This document shows, in pieces, positions 1 to 11,191 of a DNA stretch of 64,000 nucleotides (its first letter is position 1; every line of letters starts with the position of its first letter). Position numbers and translations under genes: made by a program. Below the pieces are notes generated by a model. It searched no databases. It saw only the letters and a list, made by a program, of their open reading frames with translations, and had not been told where the DNA came from. Location of the stretch: NCBI GenBank assembly GCA_004764695.1, contig SMSO01000031.1:1526436-1590435 (forward strand), given 5' to 3'. This DNA is from Schizochytrium sp. TIO01 (taxonomy: Eukaryota; Protista; Bigyra: Labyrinthulomycetes).

Positions 1-127
1 TCCGAGAGAGAGAGGTTGAGTCAAGAAGTTCAAGATAACTATTGAGCGAGATCTCAATGAGAAACATTTAAAAAAAAAGGGTCAAGTGAACGGGAAGGGT
101 TTTATGGGTTTCTGATTAATGTGTTGC

Positions 128-523
128 TCAGGCAAGCGGGTTGTACAGCTTGAAGTGGAGGTCGAGCTCGGGAACGTAGTTCACCTCGCCAGCGACGACG
201 TTGAACCAGATGGGGCCATCCTGGCCCTTGGGGCAGACACCGACGGTGCGGGAGTCGAGCTCAGAGGGGACCATGACCGGGTTCTCGAAGGTACCCTGGC
301 CCTTCTCCATCTGGACGGGCTGACGGTTGAAGTACTCGCGGCCCTCGGCGAAGGCCTTGAGCTCCTCACGCTCACGGCCGGTAGCCTGCTCGGCATCATC
401 AGCGATGTAGCCGGGCTTGCCACCAGGGCCCTGGGAGAGAGGGGGCTGCTTGTAGCCAGCAAGGGTGCGGACCTGCATGCGGGCGCCCATGCGCATGGTG
501 TTGGAGCTTGCCAAGCGGAGCAT
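128..523 (-). CDS. COX5B: Cytochrome c oxidase subunit 5B (mitochondrial precursor)
   Basis: First ATG at 523 gives MLRLASSNTMRMGARMQVRTLA, an Arg-rich presequence with no acidic residues. COX5B motifs follow: DDAEQATGREREEL, GTFENPVMVPS, RTVGVC, PIWF, HFKL. 131 aa. Confidence 0.9.
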   Translation of the reverse strand: MLRLASSNTMRMGARMQVRTLAGYKQPPLSQGPGGKPGYIADDAEQATGREREELKAFAEGREYFNRQPVQMEKGQGTFENPVMVPSELDSRTVGVCPKGQDGPIWFNVVAGEVNYVPELDLHFKLYNPLA

Positions 524-2012
524 TTTGTTAAAAGTTGGGAGGATATACACCTAAAAAACGGACGAAGACTGTATTTTCAATAATTTCACATTTTGTATTC
601 ATCAACACATTGTTAGTAAACCACCCGAGATCATCTCAATTAAAAAATATATATATACATTTTCGATTCCACTCCATCAACCTTCCCCCCAGCAGCAGTG
701 CATCCCAGAATGAGACCTAAAGATGACCAAAGACTCAAGAATCTTCTGTAGCAGCACAAGCAGACCAACTTGGAACACGAATCTATCGTTCTCACTATCC
801 AGTCGAAAGACCACGCAACAATCATCCTCTGACATACAACCCCAGTCAATTAGGGCAAGCCACCTTTTGACCAGTACATACATCTGAATCATGCATAATA
901 ATCGTAATAGATAGCCAGCGAACACGCACGAATTCCATCACTTCAACCGCCTACAAGAGCTTTTCAGGCTCACAAAGGCAGAGAATAAGATCATCACGAG
1001 AGGTAATTCTTGCAGCGCCGGAGTCTTCGATGCATCTGGTTGCAGTGAGTCCTCGCACGCAATCTATATCAATACAAAAAATGTATGTCGATATCATTGC
1101 TAATGGATAGTGATAATAGTAATAATACACAAAGTCTCGCCTGCTTATTCCTACTATCAAAAAAATTCATGGATTGCCCACAAGTGGCCACTTCGGGCCT
1201 CGCGAAGGCACAGAGACCGGCGTAGACGAAACCCAGGCCTCACCAAAGCTCCTGATAGTCTCAATTGCGGCTGGAGTCCGGATAGAGCGCCAGGGAGACG
1301 CTGGGCAGCTTCCATAGCAGCCATGAGGCACCAAGGCCACTAGTAGCGAAGCGTCCGGCGCCTCATGAGCGGCCTGCAGCTCATGGCAGCGGGTGCGGCG
1401 CAGTATGCGAGTTGAAGGAAGGGAGGTCGATAATGGAGGCCCTCGCGCAACACGCAGCGAGCGCGAGGGCGAAGGCCTGCGAGCGAACGTACGGCGGACG
1501 TGAGCGAAAACGGAGTTTAGCTGCTAAGCAGGTGCCAGCTAGTGCAGTCAAACTGAGGCCGCAGAAATCAGCCTCAGTGACGTCTCCTCACGGTGCAGAA
1601 AACTTTCTCCCAGTGGCGGAAGGTTTGGTGGCCCCTCCCATTCCCACTGGTCCTTAAAACCATGGAGTACTCCCTCTCGGCTAAATATATACCCAAACAA
1701 AATGGGCAATCTCTGCTACATTTTACCGAGAGGGACACCACTCGGAACAACCTTCAGGGAATAGGGGCGTTAGGGTGCCCTAGTGGAAAGATTTTGCATT
1801 GAAATGTTCGTTTGACTCACTCACTCTCAATCGTCCACGAAGCCATCAATGGATCTCTGATCAATCCGCGCGTAACCCGCCAGTGGCCGCACTCCGGCCC
1901 AGTTTTAGCAGCCGTATCTCAGCTGCCCATCTGCCAGCTCTCCGCCTGCTCCACCATGGTCAACCTTCTCCCGCAATTGCAGCGCTGAGGATTTATCCGC
2001 GATTTGACTTCG

Positions 2013-2071
2013 TTATCATATCATTCATATCATTTCATTTCATATCATTTCATTTCATTTCATTTCATTTC
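2013..2071. repeat. (TTTCA/TATCA)n pentanucleotide microsatellite
   Basis: Read directly from the sequence. Confidence 0.85.
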
Positions 2072-3511
2072 AGAAGGAACGGCACTTCTAGCAGACTCAT
2101 AGCTACCCCTACCGCTACTACTACTTACCCTCTGGCTAGCGGCCATTTGCTGCTACTGCTATGGTTTACCTTAGTAGAGGGCTATTACACTAGAGCAAGG
2201 TGTCCAACTGGGGGGCTAGCTGGGCGTAGGTAAGTGCTAGAGGATCCGGCTTAGAGCGATGGATTAGGTAGAGGTAGTAGGTGGTAGGTAGTAGTATTGC
2301 GTAGGTGATGGGTAAGCAAAGATAAGGTTGATGATGGAAAGTTTAGAAGTTTGATGGAACGTTCGTACGTCCAAAATAGGATACAATAAATAAATAAATA
2401 ACTTCAATAAATAAATAAATAACTTCAAATAAATAAATAACTTTAAATAAATAAACAAAACTTTTGTTTTATACTGAAGAATTGAAGTAAATAAATATGC
2501 CAATGGATGATGAATAAACTGGAGTAACCACCGCCAAGACTAACGACAAGGCATGCTGGGCCAAGCCGAGGACTCCGGAGTTGTAAGAGCATCGCGGCTT
2601 GCAAGCCGTTTCCTCAAGAGCGACCAGGCTCACCCACTGCCTCTCTAAGTTTTTGTCGCCCTCCAGGAAACGAACAGAGTCACTGCGGATTGTCATACGA
2701 CGATGGTGCAACGGCGGCGTTCGGTGTGCGCTAGCTCGGGGCTAGGTGACTCCTAGCATGGCTGAGCTCATGGGTAACTTGAGAACCACGGAGTTACGGT
2801 AAAGCGAAGTACCGTAGCGAAAGCCTATACAGTGGGTCATGGAGTTGATAAGATGGGCCACAGAAGAGGCGGAAGATCTGTGGGGAAATATCATCATCGC
2901 CTGGAGATTAGTAGTCCTGGCGGGATGAGAAGAGTAGAGGGCAGGGTTGGTGATAGTTCGACAAAGAAGCTTGGAAAGGAGATGGGTCCTCTGACAAGGA
3001 AACTTTGCGTTGCTGGTGTGCTGAAAAGTACGGAATACAGGATACGGGACGAGGACTTTGGCTGGACTTATTAGGTAAGTGTGTCTTGCATTTATTGAGT
3101 GTGTATCTTTGAATCTCTGGATTAAGCAAACGAAATCTACTTTCAGACTTGACATAGGGGATAGCGAGTTTTGCTGCACTTACCATTATAGTAACGTTGT
3201 CTTTGTCTTGATTGTGTTGAAAAAATTTGCAAATGCAATTTGCTTTCGGTTTCTACTGACTGTAGCAAAAGAGAGATCAGAAAAAAAAATTAAAAAAATA
3301 TAAATATATATAAATATATATATTGTAGATGTGAAGATGTCGCTTCATTGCCCACAACGATAGTACAACTCGCCCACTTCCCCCTCTTCCCCTTCCCAAA
3401 AAACAAGAAAAGAAAAGACAAATGAAAAAAAAAAAAAAAAAGCTGGATTTAATGATGCAGTTAGCAAGAATAATTGTTTGGGGTTTTGGTACCACGCATC
3501 AGTTTGATAAA

Positions 3512-6500
3512 CTATAAAATGGCAATGCGCTGAGCACGGTGGCGACCATTATGATTTTTCTTATTTCTGGGAGAAGGCGTGTCTGCAGCCCTCGCTGCTT
3601 CTCCATCTTGCCCTGGTGCCTCAACCTCCGCCGCTGACGATGATTTGACATCTGCGGATGATGGTACCGATGTAGATTGGTCTGGTGAAGTCACATGAGA
3701 CAATGGTGTTGAAGGAGGTTCATCTCCACGTTCGGCAGCATCAACAAAACGTTGATGACAATCAACACAAGCGTCAAAATTGTTGCACACCAAGCAGCGC
3801 CAACGCGATTTGGTGATTTGGCGCTCACAAAAATCACAAAAGAACTCGAGAGGCCCAGCTGGGGTGAAATCTCGCCCACGCTGGACCTTCTGTGAGGTTG
3901 AGAGGCCTAGCACCGGTGAATCCACCGTTCCATGGAACTCCTCTAGAAGATGGGGCAAACATTCCACGCAATAGTAAGGTTTGTCGCTCGTCGTGAGGCG
4001 CGTGCGGAGCTGCTCAATGGTTTCTGTGGCGCCCGCGCCTTTGGCCAGGACATCAACGTTGAGTCCTAGACGATGCAAGCATTTGAAGTGATAACCCCTA
4101 TCACAGCCGTCACAAAGGATAGTTGAATCGTCCATGTTACCCACCATCGAGCAGGCACGGCAACGAAACCTTTCATCAATATAGGCAGGTTCCGGCAGCT
4201 TTTTTGCAGCTTCTAAAGCAAGAGCACTAGCTTTACCTTGAAGCTGTGCTTCTTGCAGCTTTGCATGAGCCTTCGAAGCAACACTGAGAGTTGTTCGCGC
4301 ACGCTTTGTAGGCTTACTATTTTGTAACAAAGAGCTACCACTACTGCTCGTACGTTTCTGAAGCAACGACGCAGCAGCATTTGCCCGAGCACGCGATGAA
4401 GGGCTGGCACGTCCATCGCTACCACTAACCTCGCCCTGCGATGAAACCAGTGCCATCAATGAGTTGCTCCCTACAGAGGCCGCACTACCGCGGTTCGCAG
4501 AGGCCCGGCCACGTTGGCGTGCGGTACGACGAGTGCATGTTTCCAAATGGTTTGCAAAACGAGTTACGCCTACTTTGAGATTACAAAGCTGACACACACA
4601 TACTTGCTTGGATGTATCTGAGTCCACATTGAGATGTACATCGCGGTATGAAAGCACATCAGGTGCATCCTCATCATACCAACAGTATCTAGTTTTCCAC
4701 CGCCGATGTCGCTCAATATAGCTTTCAAAAGGTTGAGTGGGTTCAGGTGAGATTACGCTTGTTTCAATACCTCCATCTTGCCACTGCGGGGGAGCCAATC
4801 CAACCCGCTTAAGTGATGGCGCGGAAGCAGCGCCATTGCTAGTTGCTTTCCTCTTTGTTTTTTGTGAAATTTTACTGTCACGTGTTAATTCCTTCTTCAA
4901 GCTCTCTTTCGGATTGTTTTCTTGTTTCACTTCTTTCTGCTTCTGATGATCTTCGGGGGCGTTGAGCTTCAAAAATCTTTCCTGTTTTGTCGGGTCAACA
5001 AAAGATGACATCGAAGTCAGAGGCACCGGCATACTTGCTGCGCCACCTTGTGAGGCTTGTTTTGAGGTTAAGCCATTTGTCTTTGGCGCATAGTCAGTGA
5101 TGTTAGGTATAGCTGCGTTCCCCATCACCCCAGCTTGTCCACTAAATCCAACTACGGTGTGATTTTGATCAGGGGCCTCATTGCTTATCTTTGAGGCAGA
5201 ACGCTTTTTTGGTGCTGGCGTAACGCGAGGTGCCGGGATTACAGTCGCCGCATACACTGGCGCTGATTGTGTGGTTTTCTTTTTGGAATTGGTAGAAGAT
5301 CGTGCTTTGGATCCGTTACTGCCGCCACTGGTTCTGGGTTGTAGCGGCTGAGGACGAGGAAATGACTGCAACATTGTTGTAGGACCAATTGGTACCGATC
5401 GAATGTCGATCGGCTGAGCCAGAGGCAATGGGAACAGGCGCCGAGGATACTACATTAAGCGTAGACATAGGCAAAGGTCTCGGGGCCTTGGTTGGAGAAG
5501 GTGTTGTCTGTGGAGCCTTCTTTGACTTTGACCCTGAGGTAGCCCTCTTTGGTCCTTTTGGCGCAGTTGCTACAGCACTGTTCACTGAGGACGCAGGTAA
5601 TGCTACCATTCGCGGCTGCATAGACCCGAACGTTTGTCTCGCGTCAAGCGAAACAGGCGCAGGGTAATGATGCATAAAAGCAATTGGGTGAGCCATAGGT
5701 TGAGGGTGCACTCCGTAGTGCCCATAGAAATGGTTTGTCATAAAACTTGAATGATACGGCTGGGGTTGTTGTTGCTGCTGCTTCGCTGGCGAAGCCTTTG
5801 TGGCCTTTTTTGGTGCCTTGGCCTTTGTCGTTTTTGGTTGTGCTGGCTGTTTTGGCTGTTGTTGCAGTTTTGCTTGGTGCTGAGGCTGCTGCCGCGGAAG
5901 CGGCTGTGGAAGTGGCTGTGGAAGTGATTGTGGAAGTGGTTGTGGAAGTGGCTGAGGTTGCTGCTTTGGTTGGGATTGTGGCTTTGGTTGCGGTTGTGGC
6001 TTTGGTTGCGGTTGTGGCTTTGCCTGCTGGTGAGGCTTTGGTTGGGGTTGCGGCCTTGGTTGGGGTTGTGGCTTTGACTGCTGTAGTGGCTGTGTCTGCT
6101 GTTGTTGCTTTGATTGGGGTTGTGGCTTTGACTGCTGTACTGGCTGTGTCTGCTGCTGTTGCTTTGATTGGGGTTGTTGCTTTGGTTGGGGTTGCAGCTT
6201 TGCCTGTTGGTGAGGCTTTGAAGGGGGTTGTAAATTTAACTGCTGTTGTTGCTTTAATTGGGGTTGTTGCTTTGTCTGTTGGTGAGGCTTTGAAGGGGGT
6301 TGAAGCTTCGGCTGTGTTGGCTGATTTGGTGGAACGTGCTGTTTTGATTGCGCTTGTGGTTCTGGATGTAACTTTGGCTGAGGTTGTGACCTTTGTTGTG
6401 GTTGGGGTTGTAACTTTGGCTGAGGTTGAGGTTGCAGTTGTGGTGATGACTTCGCTTGCTGCTGTTGTTGCTTTTGCTGGTTCTGCTTTTGATTCTTGTG

Positions 6501-6571
6501 TTGTTGTTGCTTCTGCTGCTGTTGTTGCTTTTGCTGTTGCTGCTGCAAGATGTACTGCATTTGCTGGTTCT

Positions 6572-6603
<32 letters not shown>

Positions 6604-7076
6604 ATTTGCATTTGCATTTGCTGTTGGAATTGCTGTTGAATCTGCTGCTGCATCTGTTGCTGGAGTTGTTGTTTCATTTGTTGTTGAACCTGCTGTTGCA
6701 TCTGCTGCTGTCCTGGATTCGGCTGGGCTTGTATTCGCTCATGCAGCATGGCTGCTAAAGACGACGCATCAAACTGGGGCACCATTTGCAATTGTCTAAT
6801 ATGGCCCTGACTTTGATTGATGCTCTGGTTCTGTAGCAAAGCCTGGCCCTGGCCCTGACCCTGGAATTGGGTTTGACCTTGGGCTTGAACTGGGCCGTGG
6901 AGGCCCTGATCCTGCAGAAGCGGAGACGACTGCTGCGGTGTCCGATGTTGCGTCCATGCTGAGGCCAGTGCAGGGATTCCACGCAAACTGAACGCCTGTA
7001 GACTTGCCAGAGCAGATGCCGCCGCGGGAGACCCAGAGTCCGAAGACGGACTGCCCGAGGGCCCCTCCCCGCGCAT
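3512..7076 (-). CDS. Gln/Pro-rich chromatin protein with Sgf11-type zinc finger, PHD finger and ZZ zinc finger; split across two overlapping frames
   Basis: ORF 5316..7076 (ATG start, polyQ/QP repeats) overlaps ORF 3512..5428 (non-ATG start) in a +1 frame. The downstream ORF has CQLCNLKVGVTRFANHLETC (Sgf11/ATXN7L3-type finger), CRAC...ILCDGCDRGYHFKC...YYCVEC (PHD) and FCDFCERQITKSRWRCLVCNNFDACVDCH (ZZ). A 1-nt indel near 5430 or a 40-nt intron (5414-5453) would join them. Confidence 0.75.
5740..6710 (-). repeat. Coding low-complexity CAA/CAG polyglutamine and QPQ tandem repeats
   Basis: Long (CAA/CAG)n runs and duplicated units such as LQPPSKPHQQ x2, QSKQQQQTQP(V/L)QQSKPQP x2 and repeated PQPL units in the minus-strand ORF. 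Confidence 0.9.
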
Positions 7077-7420
7077 GCTCGCGCTAGGAACTGCCGCGAG
7101 GGCGGAGCGAAAGAACGAAGGACCTTCTTCTGCTGAGCGATGGTTATTTCATTTTTATGTTTTCTTTTTCTTTTTATTCATAAAAAATATTTCATTTCTC
7201 GTCATTCGTTTGTTCTCTGTCTTTTTTCTTTTCTTCTCTTTCATTCCTTTTCATTCCTTGTCTTCTTTACCATGTTCTTCCTCATTCTTCTTCTGCTTCT
7301 TCTGAATTCCCATTCTCATTTTTAAAGTTTCCTTTGTTTTCTTTCTTCAAGATTTTCAAGAACGGATGCTCTGTGCTTCACCCTTCCAATTGGGAGCATT
7401 GTGAGTGCGAGAAGCTCGTC

Positions 7421-8095
7421 AAGAAGGTATTTAGTTGAGCTCATCGCTTGATAAAGGCTTGGAGCTTGAAGATACTATACAGATTCACTCACTTGATTAT
7501 TTCTTCATGATCCCCAAGGGTTGAGAAGTAAATCACTTGTAAGGATTAAGTCTGATTCGTCTGGCTTTCCTTTATCTGATTTGGGAGAAGTGATTTAGTA
7601 GACTTCGAAACAACAGTCCATTAGAAGGTAGTCTGGTTTGCCATGACCTGAAACAGAAAGCAGAGCTCGTGATCTATCGAAGAAGCTTAAACATGACAAC
7701 GTAGTCAAGCTGCTCAAGCTAAACTTTATTTGCTGACTGTGTGAGGAATCAGAGGTCACTTGAAAACTGTCTAGGGTAAAATCAAATCGCACGGTATCGC
7801 GCATTGACACCTGAAGATTTCAAATATCACTCAATTCAGCTATGAATCCTCACGAGTCTCTCTTTGGTGGTATGAAGCACTCTTATCGTTATGGGGAATT
7901 TTAGTTCGTCTATGGTTTTGAAGATCGACGACTGCGACATCATTGAGCTCTTTACCTACAGCAGTCCTATGCTGAAAACTCCGAAACGTTGTTTGGGCTT
8001 GGATTCTTCAAAGAGCTCGAGAAATGACCCAATCCCTATTCCAGACACTGGCAATTAGAAAATCCACTGTGAGAGAATCTTGTCCATACGAATAG
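7421..8095 (+). pseudogene. Probable decayed Ser/Thr protein kinase (Polo-like) pseudogene
   Basis: Colinear fragments broken by stops and frameshifts: RRYLVEL/LDKG (~7422-7460), AELVIYR/KLKHDNVVKLLK (~7660-7718), RSLENC...RYRALTPEDFKYHSIQL (~7752-7842), MGNFSSSMVLKIDD (7891-7932), AREMTQSLFQT (~8014-8047). The order matches kinase subdomains I, III-IV, V-VIa, VIb-VII and XI. Identified by eye only. Confidence 0.4.
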
Positions 8096-9044
8096 GGTGA
8101 TTTCGGGAAACAGGGGAAGCAATTCTCCAATTTGTAGATGAAAGCTGGGCCTTTGAAATTAGACCTTTGCCACTAGTTACCACAACTTCTTTCGTTTTTA
8201 CTGGAAATCGTTGTACTTCACTTGAAACTCCTCTTAGGTAATGAATGATCAGGATTGGATGCACCAGTGCCAGCCTAATTAGGTCACACGAATTTAGTAG
8301 TACCAACTCATTCGTTTAATCTGATACAAATGATAATTTTTCCCTCTGTTGCCTATCAACCTCACTACTTTTCTATATCTTCTTTGGAGTTGGTGTTTTC
8401 AAGAGCGCCCCATTATGGCACCATGTCTACTTACGCCACAGTGCCCTCAGAATTTCAACTCTCTCTCATCTTGACAGTTTTGGATTAGCATTCCAGTCGT
8501 TCTCAAGACGCCCATCATGCATAAAGTGGAATTTCGCCTCTCCAAGAAGAAAGTAGATTTCCTTTGCACATGGATGATAACGGAGCTCTAAAGATGCAAA
8601 AACTCTCGTCACTCCTTCGCATGAATGACATAAGTTCCTAGCGAAGTAGCAAATCGTCGTGCCCGAGCGTTAGGCCTTTTAGCGCACATTAGTCCTCTTT
8701 CCTTCAGTTAATCCTCATTGTGTTCTTAGACTCACTCTAATTCCTTTAGAACACGACCAGCGAAGATAAGCAGGCTTTAACCCATGGGTTGATGCTATGT
8801 ACAATATATGCAGTGATTTGTTAACAGAGCATATGAGTAGAAGCTACATAGCTATCCCAGTAAGAGTGTGAGGTGGCGGCAACGTTGGCGGAAGATGAAG
8901 GAATATCTGAAGAGTTCGAGTTGAGGGGCCCTGCAGAGCGCGAACTTGGTGAAGAAGGCCAACAAAAGAGGCTGAGATCAGAACATACCAGATCACCAGA
9001 AATCAGAAGTCGTGGCAAAAAAGTCGTAGCTAGGTTTTTAGAAA

Positions 9045-9674
9045 ATGGCAATGTGGGTAGCAAGCAGTGGTTCAAGGAGTACCGGAAAGCTCAAGCGTAT
9101 CTTGGCGCTCGTATCGCTTGTCGTATTGGTGCTGGTGGCGTTGAATGTGGATGCTGTCAAGGCTGAGGAAATTGATGCCGTTAATGTGGGCAGTGATCAA
9201 ATTTCGGACGATGATGAAGGAATCCAGGTTGACGATGATGCTGAAGAACACCAAATTGGAGAACCTGCTGCAGAAGCCGACGCCGATGAACAGCAGCAGG
9301 AGGTTAGCGCAGCCGAGGTTGAGAGACTTCAGAAACTATTTGCAAAGCTCTCACCTGAGTGCAATGAAGAGGTGAAGCTTGCCTACACGGAAGGCAAGGA
9401 GGTTTCTGACGAATGCAAACAGGAGGTCCAGATGATCATGCAGCAAGAAGCAACCCAGCAGGGCAAGCCCAAGAAGCCCCGCTCGGACCTCCCTGACCCC
9501 ACTGGTACCATTGTTGGCTTTGCTGTTCTTCTTGTCGCCGGCCTGGTAGCTTGGGGAGTCTACGCTCAGAAGAACATTATCTCTAAGATGCCTGAGTCCA
9601 AGCCCAAGAAGATCAGCAAGCAGAAGCAGCAGAAGCTGCGCATGAAGGAGCAGCGCAACGCTGGAATCCAGTAA
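9045..9674 (+). CDS. Uncharacterised type I membrane protein (signal peptide, acidic luminal region, one TM, basic tail)
   Basis: 209 aa with coding-like codon bias. Hydrophobic N-terminal segment ILALVSLVVLVLVALNVDAVKA, acidic region, two Cys motifs (LSPECNEEV, VSDECKQEV), TM IVGFAVLLVAGLVAWGVYA, Lys-rich C-terminal tail. Confidence 0.8.
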   Translation: MAMWVASSGSRSTGKLKRILALVSLVVLVLVALNVDAVKAEEIDAVNVGSDQISDDDEGIQVDDDAEEHQIGEPAAEADADEQQQEVSAAEVERLQKLFAKLSPECNEEVKLAYTEGKEVSDECKQEVQMIMQQEATQQGKPKKPRSDLPDPTGTIVGFAVLLVAGLVAWGVYAQKNIISKMPESKPKKISKQKQQKLRMKEQRNAGIQ

Positions 9675-11191
9675 ATATGCACTCCTAGGCTGCGCACGCT
9701 GTTCTGCTCTTTCATTCCTTGCCCTGTCCTGCCTTTGCTTTATCATGCTAAACGTTGCCCCGTCTCTGTCTCTGTGAGTTATACGGAAAGGAGCATTAAT
9801 AGCGCGAACATCACATCACAGCAATAGAATTTCTTATTGATTTTTGCGAAGGGTCGTGCAGGGCATAGAGACAACACATACCAGTAAGCCTTTAGAGGTT
9901 CTCTCACCTATTAAGGTAGCGTGTGCTCTTTGATGCGAATACCAAAAGGTTTTCCTCATTCTTGACACTGTCACTTATATTAGCCTGAGTAGGATATTTC
10001 TCATATACACTTTCACCATTTTTATATAAACTAATAAGATCATTAGAAAGATGGAATGTAAACGAAGTTCCTCATAATTTGTGATTCTAGTACCTCTTTT
10101 AATAAAGCAATTCCCCGTAAACAAACTTACATTTGCTCATCTTAGGAAAGTTTCCTTTGTCAAATCAGTCAAAGTCGATTTTTTTTTTTTTTAAATCTCA
10201 ATCTCAATCCAAATCCGATTTTGTTCGATATTTCCTATCCTAAATTTGATAACTCTCTAATGAATACAAACTGGAGCGATTTCGGCAATGCCATGGGTTT
10301 AAGAAACAATATTCTTTAGAGAAGCAAGACTGTTTACAAATGGGCGTATAATTCCTAACTTTGGCAAGATACCTCTTCTACTATGTCCTCGTAGATCACG
10401 TTGTATTGATCTAAACATTCTCCACCAAAGCAGCTATTCCATTAAACCTCCCTCCCTGGCATTTGCTGTGAGGCGCCACATTTGGCTGTTCTATCTACTG
10501 CCAAGCAGGCAACCTTTTCTTTTCAAAGAAAATTACTATAAAGGAATGCTGTTCAAGAGTAGGTAGGGTATCCACGGGGAAATGCCTGCGACAATTTTGA
10601 TAGTGGCACGATATTCACATCATACTGCAAAGAGATGCATAGGATCTTCAACGACAGCACCCGATTTAATCTTTGTCTAGCGATTCTTTCTTTGTTTCTT
10701 TCTTTTTTTCAATTTTAAAAATAAAACATAACAAATAAAGTTAATTGCTATGATAACGTCGTGTATTAAAACAGCTCTAGTGGTACATACAGAGTACTAT
10801 AGTAGTCTAAGTGCTGAAAAGAAAGGCAAACGGAGTCTTTATACCTCGAAAATAGCCAAAGAGAGTTGATTTTTCCCTTGCAGACCGTTTGATTTTCTCA
10901 AACAAATCCCTCTGCGCGCTTTGTTTGACGCAAACCAAGGGTGCTCGCGTTCCCTGCGCAGTCGCCCTCCCCGCTCAGCAGCTTCGGCGCAGCTACGAAC
11001 AATAAGTCGCGGAGGTTGCGACCGGGCAGTGCTCTCTTTGCTGCGAAAGCAAAGTAGCCTCTGCCAGATAGGGATACTACATAAATTCAACCCCAGAACC
11101 TGAGATTCGCGCTCCTGAAAACAAGTTCAGGTCACGCGCGTTCTATTTTTAAGGGGCCCCTCGAGTGAAATCTCTTGTGCAAAACACCGCC

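Noticed and set aside
5747-6799. 350-aa Val/Ala-rich and 100-aa poly-Leu plus-strand ORFs
   Set aside because: Antisense shadows of the CAA/CAG polyglutamine repeats in the minus-strand gene.
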